NCBI GenBank assembly: GCA_949286215.1 | Contig: CASDYX010000014.1 | Span: 18,373-82,372 of the forward strand | Length of the DNA: 64,000 bases | Origin: an uncultured Pseudomonadota bacterium | GTDB taxonomy: Bacteria > Pseudomonadota > Alphaproteobacteria > RF32 > CAG-239 | Direction: 5' to 3' | Shown here: positions 41,219 through 49,691 of the stretch, in pieces | How the letters are laid out: every line of letters begins with the position of its first letter | Numbering within the stretch: the stretch's first letter is position 1 | Notes under the pieces: generated by a model | The model's database searches: none | What the model was told of the DNA's origin: nothing | What the model saw: only the letters and a program-made list of their open reading frames with translations | Translations under genes and position numbers: made by a program

Positions 41219-41838
41219 TATTGTTCAGCCCAAACGATTCGGTTAATGAGCTTAATGTCTGTCATTTTCACTTGGACTTCTTGGTTTGGATTTAATATAT
41301 CACCAAACACGATTGTAGATGTTGTCCTATGCTTAAATTCTTTAATTAAAGGATTTCCTTGTTGCATTAGTACAATGACGCGGTCTCCTTTTCTGATTTC
41401 CAAATCTTTGGTAGCCACCAAAGTACAACCTTTTCGGTAAAGCGGTTCAAAATCGGCCGTGTCTAAATTAATGGCATAGAGGTTCACACTGCTGTCCGGA
41501 AATTGAACCTTATCCCACTTTTCTGTAACCAGTTTAGATGTTTTAATTGCAGCTTTAGTCGATAAATCCGAATAAGTAATAAAGGGAATCCCTGCAGGTT
41601 TAATGGTTAAATCTTCATCAATGAGTTGATAGAATTGTTCAAAAGAGACATTGCAGGCTTCCAAAATTTTATTAATGCTGTCAAGAGAAGGCCAGCGTTG
41701 TTTCCCGTCATTGCGAATTCTTTTGCTCTTATTAAAAGTTGTGGCGTCCAGACCGGCTTTTTTAGCCAATCCAGAAGGGGTTAAGCCGTGTAATTTTGCC
41801 AACTTATCAACAGCATCCCAAACTTGTTCATATTGCAT
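41218..41838 (-). CDS. XRE-type HTH + degenerate S24 domain repressor (CI/LexA-like)
   Basis: VWDAVDKLAK.HGLTPSGLAKKAGLDATTFNKSKR...RWPS HTH; C-terminal FEPLYRKG...GDRV..KEF S24-like fold lacking a clear catalytic Ser. Confidence 0.85.
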   Translation of the reverse strand: MQYEQVWDAVDKLAKLHGLTPSGLAKKAGLDATTFNKSKRIRNDGKQRWPSLDSINKILEACNVSFEQFYQLIDEDLTIKPAGIPFITYSDLSTKAAIKTSKLVTEKWDKVQFPDSSVNLYAINLDTADFEPLYRKGCTLVATKDLEIRKGDRVIVLMQQGNPLIKEFKHRTTSTIVFGDILNPNQEVQVKMTDIKLINRIVWAEQ

Positions 41839-41898
41839 TGTTCCTCCTTATTTTCTCAGATTTTTGCGAGAGTAAAACTACTATACAATAAAAAATCT

Positions 41899-41935
41899 TA
41901 GGAATCAATTCTTTTTTATGTTGAAATTCCTACAA
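41899..41935. promoter_or_regulatory. Putative repressor operator region
   Basis: TAGGAA-tcaa-TTCTT (41899-41913) and half-site TTCCTACAA (41927-41935); the motif recurs at 42727-42744. Confidence 0.5.
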
Positions 41936-41955
41936 CCTAATATATAACAGATAAA

Positions 41956-41971
41956 GTTAACGATTAGTTAA
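41956..41971 (-). promoter_or_regulatory. CtrA-box consensus
   Basis: Minus strand reads TTAA-CTAATCG-TTAAC (TTAA-N7-TTAAC), ~30 bp upstream of 42001. Confidence 0.5.
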
Positions 41972-42000
41972 AATAGAATATCAACACTGGGGGTTACTAA

Positions 42001-42336
42001 ATGCGAGAGGATTATGAACCTTTTGAAAACGCCGAAGAGGTCTGGTTTTGGTTTTGTGGTTGTATTATGGCAAGAGATGGAGGGTTGCGCTCTTGTAATG
42101 ATTTCAAAGGAAAAATCAGAAATTGTGAAGTAGCGGATATTTATCGTATCATCAAGAAGATGAAGCTAAATCATCAAATCACCAATCGCCACCTTCGTGT
42201 AATGGTTAAATGGGGACAGCTAGAGTGCTCGCCTTATTATCACTATCGCGCCAAAAGGAGTGAAATCAGACTCTGGGATGAAGGTTTACATGCGCTGGAA
42301 GGCTGGCTCTTGTCAAAGGGAATAATTACTCTATGA
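42001..42336 (+). CDS. Hypothetical protein, candidate activator/antiterminator of the cluster
   Basis: 111 aa, divergent from the repressor; PF..AEE.WFW...CE..DI...H..V...G...W...L..LE..L..KGI pattern that I recall from Rhodospirillales proteins (unverified). Confidence 0.6.
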   Translation: MREDYEPFENAEEVWFWFCGCIMARDGGLRSCNDFKGKIRNCEVADIYRIIKKMKLNHQITNRHLRVMVKWGQLECSPYYHYRAKRSEIRLWDEGLHALEGWLLSKGIITL

Positions 42337-42746
42337 GGTTAGATATCTTTGCTCCCAAGGCTTGTGAGCAATGTTATGTTGTCTTTGCCGATAATACCAC
42401 TTTGTGGTGGCTAAGGCTCCTCAAGCCCGGATTCAGGCATTGCTATATTTTGCTAAAGCTCAGAGGAAGAGGGCTCTGGGTCGAGCTTAATCCTTTGTCA
42501 AATCAAACAGCCATATTTGTTTATGAATATCCAGACACTTTTGATTTTGCTGATTATATTCGAAGGAGTCGCAATGTAATTTTGTGCCCGATAGATATAG
42601 CACAAGCCCCGCTCAAATGTGCACCGTTATCTTTTTTTACCTGTGTTGAATTTGTCAAGCGTGTGATAGGGCTACACGATTGTTTCATCCATACGCCGTG
42701 GCAACTTTATAAAAAAATATTAAAAATTGTAGGAAAAAGTTCTTGA
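42333..42746 (+). CDS. Hypothetical protein, possibly permuted papain-like (His...Cys)
   Basis: ATGA overlap with the upstream gene; GFRHCYI and FTCVEFVKRVIG motifs. Confidence 0.6.
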   Translation: MRLDIFAPKACEQCYVVFADNTTLWWLRLLKPGFRHCYILLKLRGRGLWVELNPLSNQTAIFVYEYPDTFDFADYIRRSRNVILCPIDIAQAPLKCAPLSFFTCVEFVKRVIGLHDCFIHTPWQLYKKILKIVGKSS

Positions 42747-42771
42747 CAAACGAAAAAAAATTTGCTACATA
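42727..42771 (+). promoter_or_regulatory. Promoter of the virion operon, overlapped by an operator-like motif
   Basis: TTGACA at 42743-42748 with weak -10 (CTACAT/TACATA); TTGTAGGAA-aaag-TTCTT overlaps the -35. Confidence 0.55.
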
Positions 42772-42813
42772 CAAAAACGCCACTTGCTATTAGTGTGTCC
42801 AAAGCAAAGTTAG

Positions 42814-42848
42814 ATTCGCAAGACATCAAGTCTTAGCGAATTTTTTTT
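42814..42848 (+). terminator. Leader intrinsic terminator ahead of terS
   Basis: 11-bp stem ATTCGCAAGAC/GTCTT(A)GCGAAT followed by a T8 run. Confidence 0.65.
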
Positions 42849-42878
42849 ATACCCAAAACCTGTAAGAAAGGAGTTAAA

Positions 42879-43196
42879 ATGCATTTCAAAAAGGCCAAGA
42901 CCTTAAAGTCCTTAAAGAAAAACTTGCAAAAGACTCTTCCCGAAAAGGTTTCACAGGTGTTAGAAAGTTATGAAACATTTTCGGAAAGACCAATCCCCGA
43001 AGATGCCAAAGGCTTTAGTGCACACCACAGCGCCTGCAAATCAGCGGTAACGCATGCAGAAACATTATTAAAGCTGGCTAAGTGGACCGAAGGCGAAACG
43101 TCTGAAAGCACAACTTCATCGGGCACGGAAGATATTCTAAAATTGCTTGCGGAAGCGAGAGCGGAATTGGACGGTGCGGAAGATGAAACAGATTAG
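42879..43196 (+). CDS. Probable terminase small subunit
   Basis: 105-aa helical protein with AAGGAG RBS, overlapping the terL start; assigned by position. Confidence 0.55.
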   Translation: MHFKKAKTLKSLKKNLQKTLPEKVSQVLESYETFSERPIPEDAKGFSAHHSACKSAVTHAETLLKLAKWTEGETSESTTSSGTEDILKLLAEARAELDGAEDETD

Positions 43197-44670
43197 TTTT
43201 TACGAGTTTATTTTCATCTGGTTCAAACTGCAAAATCTGAAAGTCCCGAAACACCAACGCAAAATAGCCAAGTGGCTGAGCTCACTTTGGCAAAACGAGC
43301 AAGACCGCCAAGGATTACTGATGGCATTTCGTAACTCAGGCAAATCCACCATTGTCGGTCTATTTTGTGCATGGGTCTTATATACCAAACCCTCAACCAG
43401 AATTTTGGTAATGGCAGCAGACCACGCTTTAGCCAAGAAAATGGTACGCAATGTCAAACGTATTATAGAGCAGCATCCGCTAACCCAACAGCTCAAACCC
43501 GAAAAATTGGAGCAATGGGCATCCGACCAATTTACCATTAGGCGAGATATGGAGTTACGCGACCCATCAATGTTGGCCAAAGGAATAGGGGCTAATATCA
43601 CGGGCTTGCGTGCCGACTTGATAATTTGTGATGACGTCGAGGTTCCCAAAAACTGCGATACACCTCTCAAACGGATTGAACTAAGGGAAAAACTCGAGGA
43701 GTTGGACTATATTCTAACGCCCGAGGGCATGCAGTTATACATCGGAACACCGCATACGTTTTATACCATTTATCAGGTGGACTATGATAATTCACGTCCG
43801 GAGATCGAGCCGTTTTTGCTTAATTTCAAAAAATTGGAAATTCCGATTTTAGATAAGAAAAATCAAAGCAGTTGGCCTGAGCGTTTTTCGGTAGAGAAAA
43901 TTGCCTCTCTTCGCCAACGTTCGGGAGAAAATAAGTTTTTGTCGCAGATGATGTTGCAACCTGTTAATTTCAGAGATTGCATACTCAATCCGGAAAGACT
44001 GTGTGTTTACAATTTGGAACTCACACAAACTTATGCCAACGGTCGAGAGGTTTTGCACTTGGGTGATAAAAAATTGCTTTCGGCATCTTGCTGGTGGGAT
44101 CCGTCTTTTGCCTCCTCATCGGGAGACAACAGCGTTATCGCTTGTGTCTTTACCGATGAAGATGGTAAGTTCTGGCTTCATGATATTGAATATATCAAAC
44201 TATCGGCTCAGTCGCAAGACAATCAAGCTTCGCTCCAATGTGAAAAGGTCGCTGATTTTATTGAGAGAAATCACCTGCCGTCCATTCGGGTAGAAGCCAA
44301 CGGTATTGGTAAGTTCTTACCCGGTATCTTAAAGCAAACCCTGCAAAGGCGCAAGATTCGAACAGCGGTTTTAGAGATGTATTCATCCACCGGCAAAGCC
44401 GCCCGTATTTTAGAGGCTTTTGAAGTTTTGCTGGCCGATAGGGCACTTAATGCGCATCGCCGAATATGGAACACGCCGTTTATTGAAGAAATGCGGGAGT
44501 GGAATACCGAAGGCAGCGTTCATGATGATGGTTTAGACGCGGTTGCCGGTTGTTTGTCATCTGAGCCGATACGTTTCACACAAGCTTATGCTGATATGGG
44601 CGACTATAAACGTTTCTCTTGGCAGGGAACTTCCGGTCAGTTTAAGGCGCAAACCAATTTTAGCATATAA
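43183..44670 (+). CDS. terL: Terminase large subunit (T7-like)
   Basis: Walker A LMAFRNSGKST, Walker B LIICDDVE, GTPH coupling motif, nuclease WWDPS and HDDGLDA. Confidence 0.92.
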   Translation: MKQISFYEFIFIWFKLQNLKVPKHQRKIAKWLSSLWQNEQDRQGLLMAFRNSGKSTIVGLFCAWVLYTKPSTRILVMAADHALAKKMVRNVKRIIEQHPLTQQLKPEKLEQWASDQFTIRRDMELRDPSMLAKGIGANITGLRADLIICDDVEVPKNCDTPLKRIELREKLEELDYILTPEGMQLYIGTPHTFYTIYQVDYDNSRPEIEPFLLNFKKLEIPILDKKNQSSWPERFSVEKIASLRQRSGENKFLSQMMLQPVNFRDCILNPERLCVYNLELTQTYANGREVLHLGDKKLLSASCWWDPSFASSSGDNSVIACVFTDEDGKFWLHDIEYIKLSAQSQDNQASLQCEKVADFIERNHLPSIRVEANGIGKFLPGILKQTLQRRKIRTAVLEMYSSTGKAARILEAFEVLLADRALNAHRRIWNTPFIEEMREWNTEGSVHDDGLDAVAGCLSSEPIRFTQAYADMGDYKRFSWQGTSGQFKAQTNFSI

Positions 44671-44681
44671 GGAATAAAACC

Positions 44682-44969
44682 ATGTTTAATGAATTGATAA
44701 ATTGGATGGCAATGATTGAAATACCGTTGTTTGTTGCGGTTTTTCGAATGTTGGTCAAACAAAGAAAAGAAATGGAGGAACAACTCCTAGCCACTCAAAA
44801 TCATACGGAGGGTAGAGTTGATATCTGTAAAGAATCATTAGCAGATTTCAAATTACATGTTGCCAGAAACTATGTTTCCACGGGCTACCTGAAAGATGTT
44901 GAAAACCGTTTAACCAATCACTTATTGAGAATTGAGAAAAAACTCGATGAAGTCGGGAGGTCAAGATGA
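44682..44969 (+). CDS. Holin-like or lysis accessory protein
   Basis: One N-terminal TM plus coiled coil ending RIEKKLD; directly upstream of the endolysin. Confidence 0.5.
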   Translation: MFNELINWMAMIEIPLFVAVFRMLVKQRKEMEEQLLATQNHTEGRVDICKESLADFKLHVARNYVSTGYLKDVENRLTNHLLRIEKKLDEVGRSR

Positions 44970-45382
44970 GTGAAGATTTGGACACATTAGCCCGTACGAT
45001 TTATGGGGAGGCACGAGGCGAGAGCATATCCGGAATGGAAGCTGTCGCCTCAGTTGTTTTAAATCGCTTGGCTTTCAGCCGAAGAAAAGGACGTTATTGG
45101 TGGGGCAATACGATTAAAGGCATATGTCGTTGTCCCTACCAATTTTCGTGTTGGAACAAGTCAGATTCCAACTATGCTCTGATACAAAGGGTTACAGATA
45201 CGGATATTATTTTTTGTATTTGCAAACGCATTGCAGGCAGAGCAATTTCTGGGGTTTTGGAAGATAATACGGCACATGCCACGCATTATCATACCAAAAA
45301 CACCAATCCTTCTTGGTCAAGGGGAAAAATTCCCTGTGCCGAGATAGGTCGTCATCTCTTTTACAATGATATTGAGACATAA
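44966..45382 (+). CDS. Cell wall hydrolase (SleB/Hydrolase_2), probable endolysin
   Basis: LARTIYGEARGE, VVLNR, PYQFSCWN, ATHYH and IGRHLFY motifs. Confidence 0.9.
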   Translation: MSEDLDTLARTIYGEARGESISGMEAVASVVLNRLAFSRRKGRYWWGNTIKGICRCPYQFSCWNKSDSNYALIQRVTDTDIIFCICKRIAGRAISGVLEDNTAHATHYHTKNTNPSWSRGKIPCAEIGRHLFYNDIET

Positions 45383-45742
45383 ATGATTTTTAAAACAAAG
45401 GCACCGATGACGCTGATGAAACTCATGCGTCATTTTTTTTGTGGCAGCGCGCTTGAAAGACGAAAGAGGCATGGTTCGTCTTGGGAGTGCAATTGGCGTC
45501 CGCTTTTTGGCTATTCGGTATGTCTGACATGGGTTTTGCAAATGAGCACGATATGTTGGGTTGTCTGGATAAATCACCCTCGAGCGGAAAAAATTATTAT
45601 GGCACTTGTTGAAACAACATCACTTTGGAGTATGGCTTTGGGTGTTATGGGAATTTCAGTGGTTAAAAGTCCCAACTTTACCGAGAAAAAATCTCAAACC
45701 TCAAAGTCATCTTCAAAGTCAAATCAAACACCCAACAACTGA
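45383..45742 (+). CDS. 3TM-type holin-like protein
   Basis: WRPLFGYSVCLTWVLQM followed by hydrophobic helices and a basic tail. Confidence 0.65.
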   Translation: MIFKTKAPMTLMKLMRHFFCGSALERRKRHGSSWECNWRPLFGYSVCLTWVLQMSTICWVVWINHPRAEKIIMALVETTSLWSMALGVMGISVVKSPNFTEKKSQTSKSSSKSNQTPNN

Positions 45743-45753
45743 AAGGAAAAACA

Positions 45754-45975
45754 ATGGGAGGAGTATTTAAAGTATTCAGCACACCAAAAATAAAACAACC
45801 GATTATTCCGGTAGTTGATACAGAGGCAGAAGCTCAAAAAAATGCCGAGCAAGAAAAACAAGAAAATATTGAACGTCAACGCCGAGGTCAAGAAGGTACA
45901 ATTCGCACATCATATAATGGCATTTTGGGAGAAAAGGAAGACAACCTAAAACGCAAAAACCTCTTGGGAGAATAG
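45754..45975 (+). CDS. Small virion protein preceding the portal
   Basis: 73 aa, MGG start, RRRG..GTI.TS..G...LLG pattern typical of podoviral pre-portal genes. Confidence 0.55.
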   Translation: MGGVFKVFSTPKIKQPIIPVVDTEAEAQKNAEQEKQENIERQRRGQEGTIRTSYNGILGEKEDNLKRKNLLGE

Positions 45976-45977
45976 AC

Positions 45978-47477
45978 ATGGAGCAGCAACTCGAAACCTT
46001 GGTCAGTCGCTACAAAAAGGCTGCCGAGAGAAAACAAAATTGGGAGGAACATTGGCGCGAATGCTATGAATATGCTTTTCCGCTCAGAGAAAATGTTAGC
46101 TCTTTTGGTGTTGACTCGCCGCAAGGCACCAAGAAAAACTTATGCTTGTTTGATGGTACGGCACCTGATGCGGTTGACCAATTAGCTTCTTCCTTGCTTT
46201 CCGAATTAACCCCTCCTTGGGCAAAGTGGTTTGGTCTCAGACCGGGCAATGAACTAAGCCCGACCGAGCAAGAGCAAGTTGCCCCGATTTTGGATAAATC
46301 TTCAGAAATTATGCTGCAAAACTTTGAGCACTCTAATTTTGCAGTCGAAGTTCATCAATGCTATCTAGATTTGGTAACAGTTGGTACGGCTTGTTTAATG
46401 TTTGAGGAGGCAGCAATTGGAGAGGCTACGGCATTTCACTTTTACGCGGTTCCCTTAAGAGAAATAGCCATAGAGGAAAGTTCGGATGGAAAAATTGATA
46501 CCACGTTTCGTTGCTCCAAACTTAATTTGGAAGGCATACGCACACGTTTTCCCGAAGCCCAAATGCCATCTTTCTTGCAGGAACGCCTAGAGCAAGACCG
46601 TGACTATCAGTTAAGCATTATAGAAGCTGTCTTGCCCAGAAATTACAATGCCGGTGCTTGTGGCTATGATTACATAGCTTTTGCTTGGGATGAAAACAGC
46701 GGTTATGAAGAGAGTTGTATCTTAAAAGAAGGTATTTTTGAAACCTCTCCCTTTATCAACTTTCGTTGGCTCAAGGCTCCGGGAGAAATTTATGGCCGCT
46801 CACCGGTTATGAAAGCTCTGCCGGATATTAAGACCGCCAACAAAGTCGTGGAGTTAATTTTGAAAAATGCCTCCATTTCGGTAACCGGAATTTGGCAAGC
46901 AGATGACGACGGCATCTTAAATCCTGATAACATCAAACTTGTTCCCGGAGCAATCATTCCTAAGGCGGTGGGCTCAAAAGGCTTAACTCCGCTGAGTGCT
47001 CCTGGCAATTTTGATGTTTCTCAGCTTATTCTTTCGGATTTACGTCAAAGAATAAACCATGCATTGCTGGCGGATAGACTGGCTCAAATTGCCACTCCGA
47101 ATATGACAGCTACGGAAGTTTTGGAGCGTTCGGCAGAAGTTGCAAGAATCTTAGGCGCCACATTTGGACGCCTGCAATCAGAATTGCTGACCCCGCTCTT
47201 GAAGCGAGCATTTCAAATTTTACGACGTCGTGGTGATATTCCGAATTTTGACTTAGACGGGAAAATTGTTGATCTGCAGTATAAATCACCTCTGGCTTTG
47301 GCACAAACCCGCAAGGACATTACCAATGTCAGTGAGTGGGTGTCAATGCTTGCCACCTTTGGGACAGACGCTTTAAATGCCGTCAATGTGGAAGAAGCCT
47401 CCAGATGGTTAGGCAAAACCCTTTGTGTCCCCTCTCAGTTGATAAGGGAAACACCGCTCGCCTCTGAGGCAAAGTAG
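45978..47477 (+). CDS. Portal (T7 gp8-like head-tail connector)
   Basis: LFDGTAPDAVDQLASSL..ELTPP..KWF, RW.K.PGE.YGRSP and MTATEVLER motifs. Confidence 0.92.
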   Translation: MEQQLETLVSRYKKAAERKQNWEEHWRECYEYAFPLRENVSSFGVDSPQGTKKNLCLFDGTAPDAVDQLASSLLSELTPPWAKWFGLRPGNELSPTEQEQVAPILDKSSEIMLQNFEHSNFAVEVHQCYLDLVTVGTACLMFEEAAIGEATAFHFYAVPLREIAIEESSDGKIDTTFRCSKLNLEGIRTRFPEAQMPSFLQERLEQDRDYQLSIIEAVLPRNYNAGACGYDYIAFAWDENSGYEESCILKEGIFETSPFINFRWLKAPGEIYGRSPVMKALPDIKTANKVVELILKNASISVTGIWQADDDGILNPDNIKLVPGAIIPKAVGSKGLTPLSAPGNFDVSQLILSDLRQRINHALLADRLAQIATPNMTATEVLERSAEVARILGATFGRLQSELLTPLLKRAFQILRRRGDIPNFDLDGKIVDLQYKSPLALAQTRKDITNVSEWVSMLATFGTDALNAVNVEEASRWLGKTLCVPSQLIRETPLASEAK

Positions 47478-47489
47478 CGGAGCAAGAGA

Positions 47490-47711
47490 ATGCAACCGTA
47501 TGATACCCGACACATGTCGGAAGCACAGATTCGTGAAGCATTTGTAAAATGCTTTTCGAGTAGGGAAGGGAGAATAGTCCTCTCTTACCTAAAACGTCTG
47601 ACACAGGAGCGATATTTGGGACCCGAAAGTTCTTCTGATGCATTGCGTCATCTGGAAGGGCAAAGACATCTGGTTTCAATAATTCAAAACAAGATATCAG
47701 ACGATAATTAA
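47490..47711 (+). CDS. Bbp19-like phage protein
   Basis: F.SREGRIVLSYL...LRHLEGQRHLV, located between portal and scaffold. Confidence 0.7.
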   Translation: MQPYDTRHMSEAQIREAFVKCFSSREGRIVLSYLKRLTQERYLGPESSSDALRHLEGQRHLVSIIQNKISDDN

Positions 47712-47729
47712 TCAAAGAAAGGAAAAAAC

Positions 47730-48452
47730 ATGAAAGAAAGACCAGTTGAAAATCTCAACGAAATGAATCTTGCAGCAGCTCAGAGTTCAGGTCCTTCAGC
47801 CCCGGCACAAGGGAAACCGGCAAATTTGCCGCCCAAATTCTGGGATGAAGCTACCCAAACAATAAAACTGCAAGAATTGATTGATGACTATAACTCTATG
47901 GCCATGAGAGATGAAAATCTGATAGAAACGCACAACCGCAATATGCCGGAAAGCTATGATAAATATCAGATAAAAATCCCAAATGAATTGTTGGATCATG
48001 ATGAAGAATTGTTCAAACAGTTTTATGAGCATGGCTTTACCAATGACCAAGCACAATTTGTCTATGACTTGGCCAATGAACGAGTCATTCCGGTTCTAGA
48101 CCAATTGACCGTAAATTTTGAGGCTCAAAAACAGCTTGCCAAGCTGACCAATTACTTTGGAGGCAGAGAGAGATTTGATGAAGTTTCTCGCCAAATTTCA
48201 GCTTGGGCAAAACAAAATTTGAGCGGGGACGTCTATGACGCTTTGGGCTCCACAGCCGAAGGCGTAATAGCCTTGTATAAGATGATGTCGTCTAACGAAC
48301 CTCTTCTTAGCAAAGATAATGGCTATGAAGGAGGGTTAAACGAACAAACCTTACGCAAGATGATGGAAGATCCACGTTACTGGCGAGATAAAGACAGTGC
48401 TTATATCAATAAGATTACGCGCGGATTTGAAAAACTCTACCCTGAAAAATAA
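47730..48452 (+). CDS. Capsid assembly scaffolding protein
   Basis: LPPKFWD, acidic helical body, C-terminal MMEDPRYWRDKD; immediately upstream of the capsid gene. Confidence 0.78.
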   Translation: MKERPVENLNEMNLAAAQSSGPSAPAQGKPANLPPKFWDEATQTIKLQELIDDYNSMAMRDENLIETHNRNMPESYDKYQIKIPNELLDHDEELFKQFYEHGFTNDQAQFVYDLANERVIPVLDQLTVNFEAQKQLAKLTNYFGGRERFDEVSRQISAWAKQNLSGDVYDALGSTAEGVIALYKMMSSNEPLLSKDNGYEGGLNEQTLRKMMEDPRYWRDKDSAYINKITRGFEKLYPEK

Positions 48453-48472
48453 ACCTTTTCAGGGCTTTTTTT
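48440..48472 (+). terminator. Intrinsic terminator between scaffold and capsid genes
   Basis: CCCTGAAAA/TTTTCAGGG stem plus T7. Confidence 0.55.
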
Positions 48473-48502
48473 ATATAGGTTAATCACAAATAGGAGGAAA
48501 AT

Positions 48503-49342
48503 ATGTCAACACAAATAACCGAATCCTTTATCAAACAATTTGAAGCTGATGTTCACTTGGCTTACCAACAAAACGGCTCAAAATTGAGAAATGCGGTTCG
48601 CACCAAAAACAATGTTAAAGGCTCATCCACCGTCTTCCAAAAAGTCGGCAAAGGTATGGCTTCACAAAAGGCACGCCACGGCTTGGTTCCGGTAATGTCT
48701 TTGGACCACACGCCGATTGAGTGCGAACTTCAAGACTACTATGCCGGCGATTGGGTAGATGCTTTGGATGAATTAAAAGTAAGCATTGATGAGCGCCGTG
48801 TTATTGCCAATTCCGGTGCTTATGCCTTGGGTCGCAAAACCGATGAATTAATTATTGATGCCTTGAGCAAAGCTCCCGAAGACAACGATGTCGGTGATTA
48901 TGGCTTGGCTATGAGCAAAAAGGATATTTTGGATGCTTTTGCCAAATTAAACTCTAACGATGTTCCCGATGACGGACAACGTTTTGGTTTGGTAGGTCCT
49001 TACCAATGGAATGCATTGCTCAACATTGCCGAGTTCTCAAATTCTGATTATGCCGGCGACAATCTGCCGTTCTTAAAAGGAACCGAGAGCCGTAAATGGT
49101 TGGGCATCAACTGGATTATGCACACCGGTTTGCCTTTAAGCGGAACAGAGCGTCAATGCTTTATTTTCCATAAAACAGCAGTCGGACATGCCTGCGGACA
49201 AGATGTCAAAAGCGATATCACCTGGCACGGTGACCATGCCGCACACTTCGTCAATAATATGATGAGCCAAGGCGCATGCTTAATCGACCCGACCGGTGTC
49301 GTTCGCATTAAGTGCAAAGAAGAATCTTCAATCAGCGAATAA
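48503..49342 (+). CDS. Major capsid protein (HK97 fold, podoviral)
   Basis: FIKQFEADVHLAYQQ.GSKLR, AYALGRKTDELII and WLGINWIMH motifs; strong GGAGG RBS; 279 aa. Confidence 0.88.
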   Translation: MSTQITESFIKQFEADVHLAYQQNGSKLRNAVRTKNNVKGSSTVFQKVGKGMASQKARHGLVPVMSLDHTPIECELQDYYAGDWVDALDELKVSIDERRVIANSGAYALGRKTDELIIDALSKAPEDNDVGDYGLAMSKKDILDAFAKLNSNDVPDDGQRFGLVGPYQWNALLNIAEFSNSDYAGDNLPFLKGTESRKWLGINWIMHTGLPLSGTERQCFIFHKTAVGHACGQDVKSDITWHGDHAAHFVNNMMSQGACLIDPTGVVRIKCKEESSISE

Positions 49343-49353
49343 GGAGAAAGAAA

Positions 49354-49611
49354 ATGTCGTTTATGTCAAAAGATTTTAGTGTAATGGCCTATGCCAATGG
49401 TTTTACACTTTGGAACTATTCTTCATCTGATGCATTAGCCACCATCAAAGGAGCAAATTACTTTGATGATATTGCGCCATTTGCTCGTGTAGGAGATATG
49501 ATTTTGACGGTAGCCGATAATCAAAGCACGGTTGCACCGGCCATTTTGGCGGTCACATCAATTGTAGACGGAGCTGTGAGCGTATCAGAGTTAGGCTCTG
49601 CTGCGGCATAA
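49354..49611 (+). CDS. Small virion protein (possible capsid decoration)
   Basis: 85 aa, AAGGAG RBS, YANGFTLWNY...NYF...RVGDMI. Confidence 0.6.
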   Translation: MSFMSKDFSVMAYANGFTLWNYSSSDALATIKGANYFDDIAPFARVGDMILTVADNQSTVAPAILAVTSIVDGAVSVSELGSAAA

Positions 49612-49639
49612 AATCACCAACACATTAATAGCAAAGGCG

Positions 49640-49675
49640 GGAGAAACCTTTTCATTAAAAGGTTTCTCCTTTTTT
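49640..49675 (+). terminator. Intrinsic terminator after the capsid genes
   Basis: Perfect 13-bp stem GGAGAAACCTTTT/AAAAGGTTTCTCC plus T6. Confidence 0.75.
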
Positions 49676-49691
49676 ATCAATGGAGAAATTC

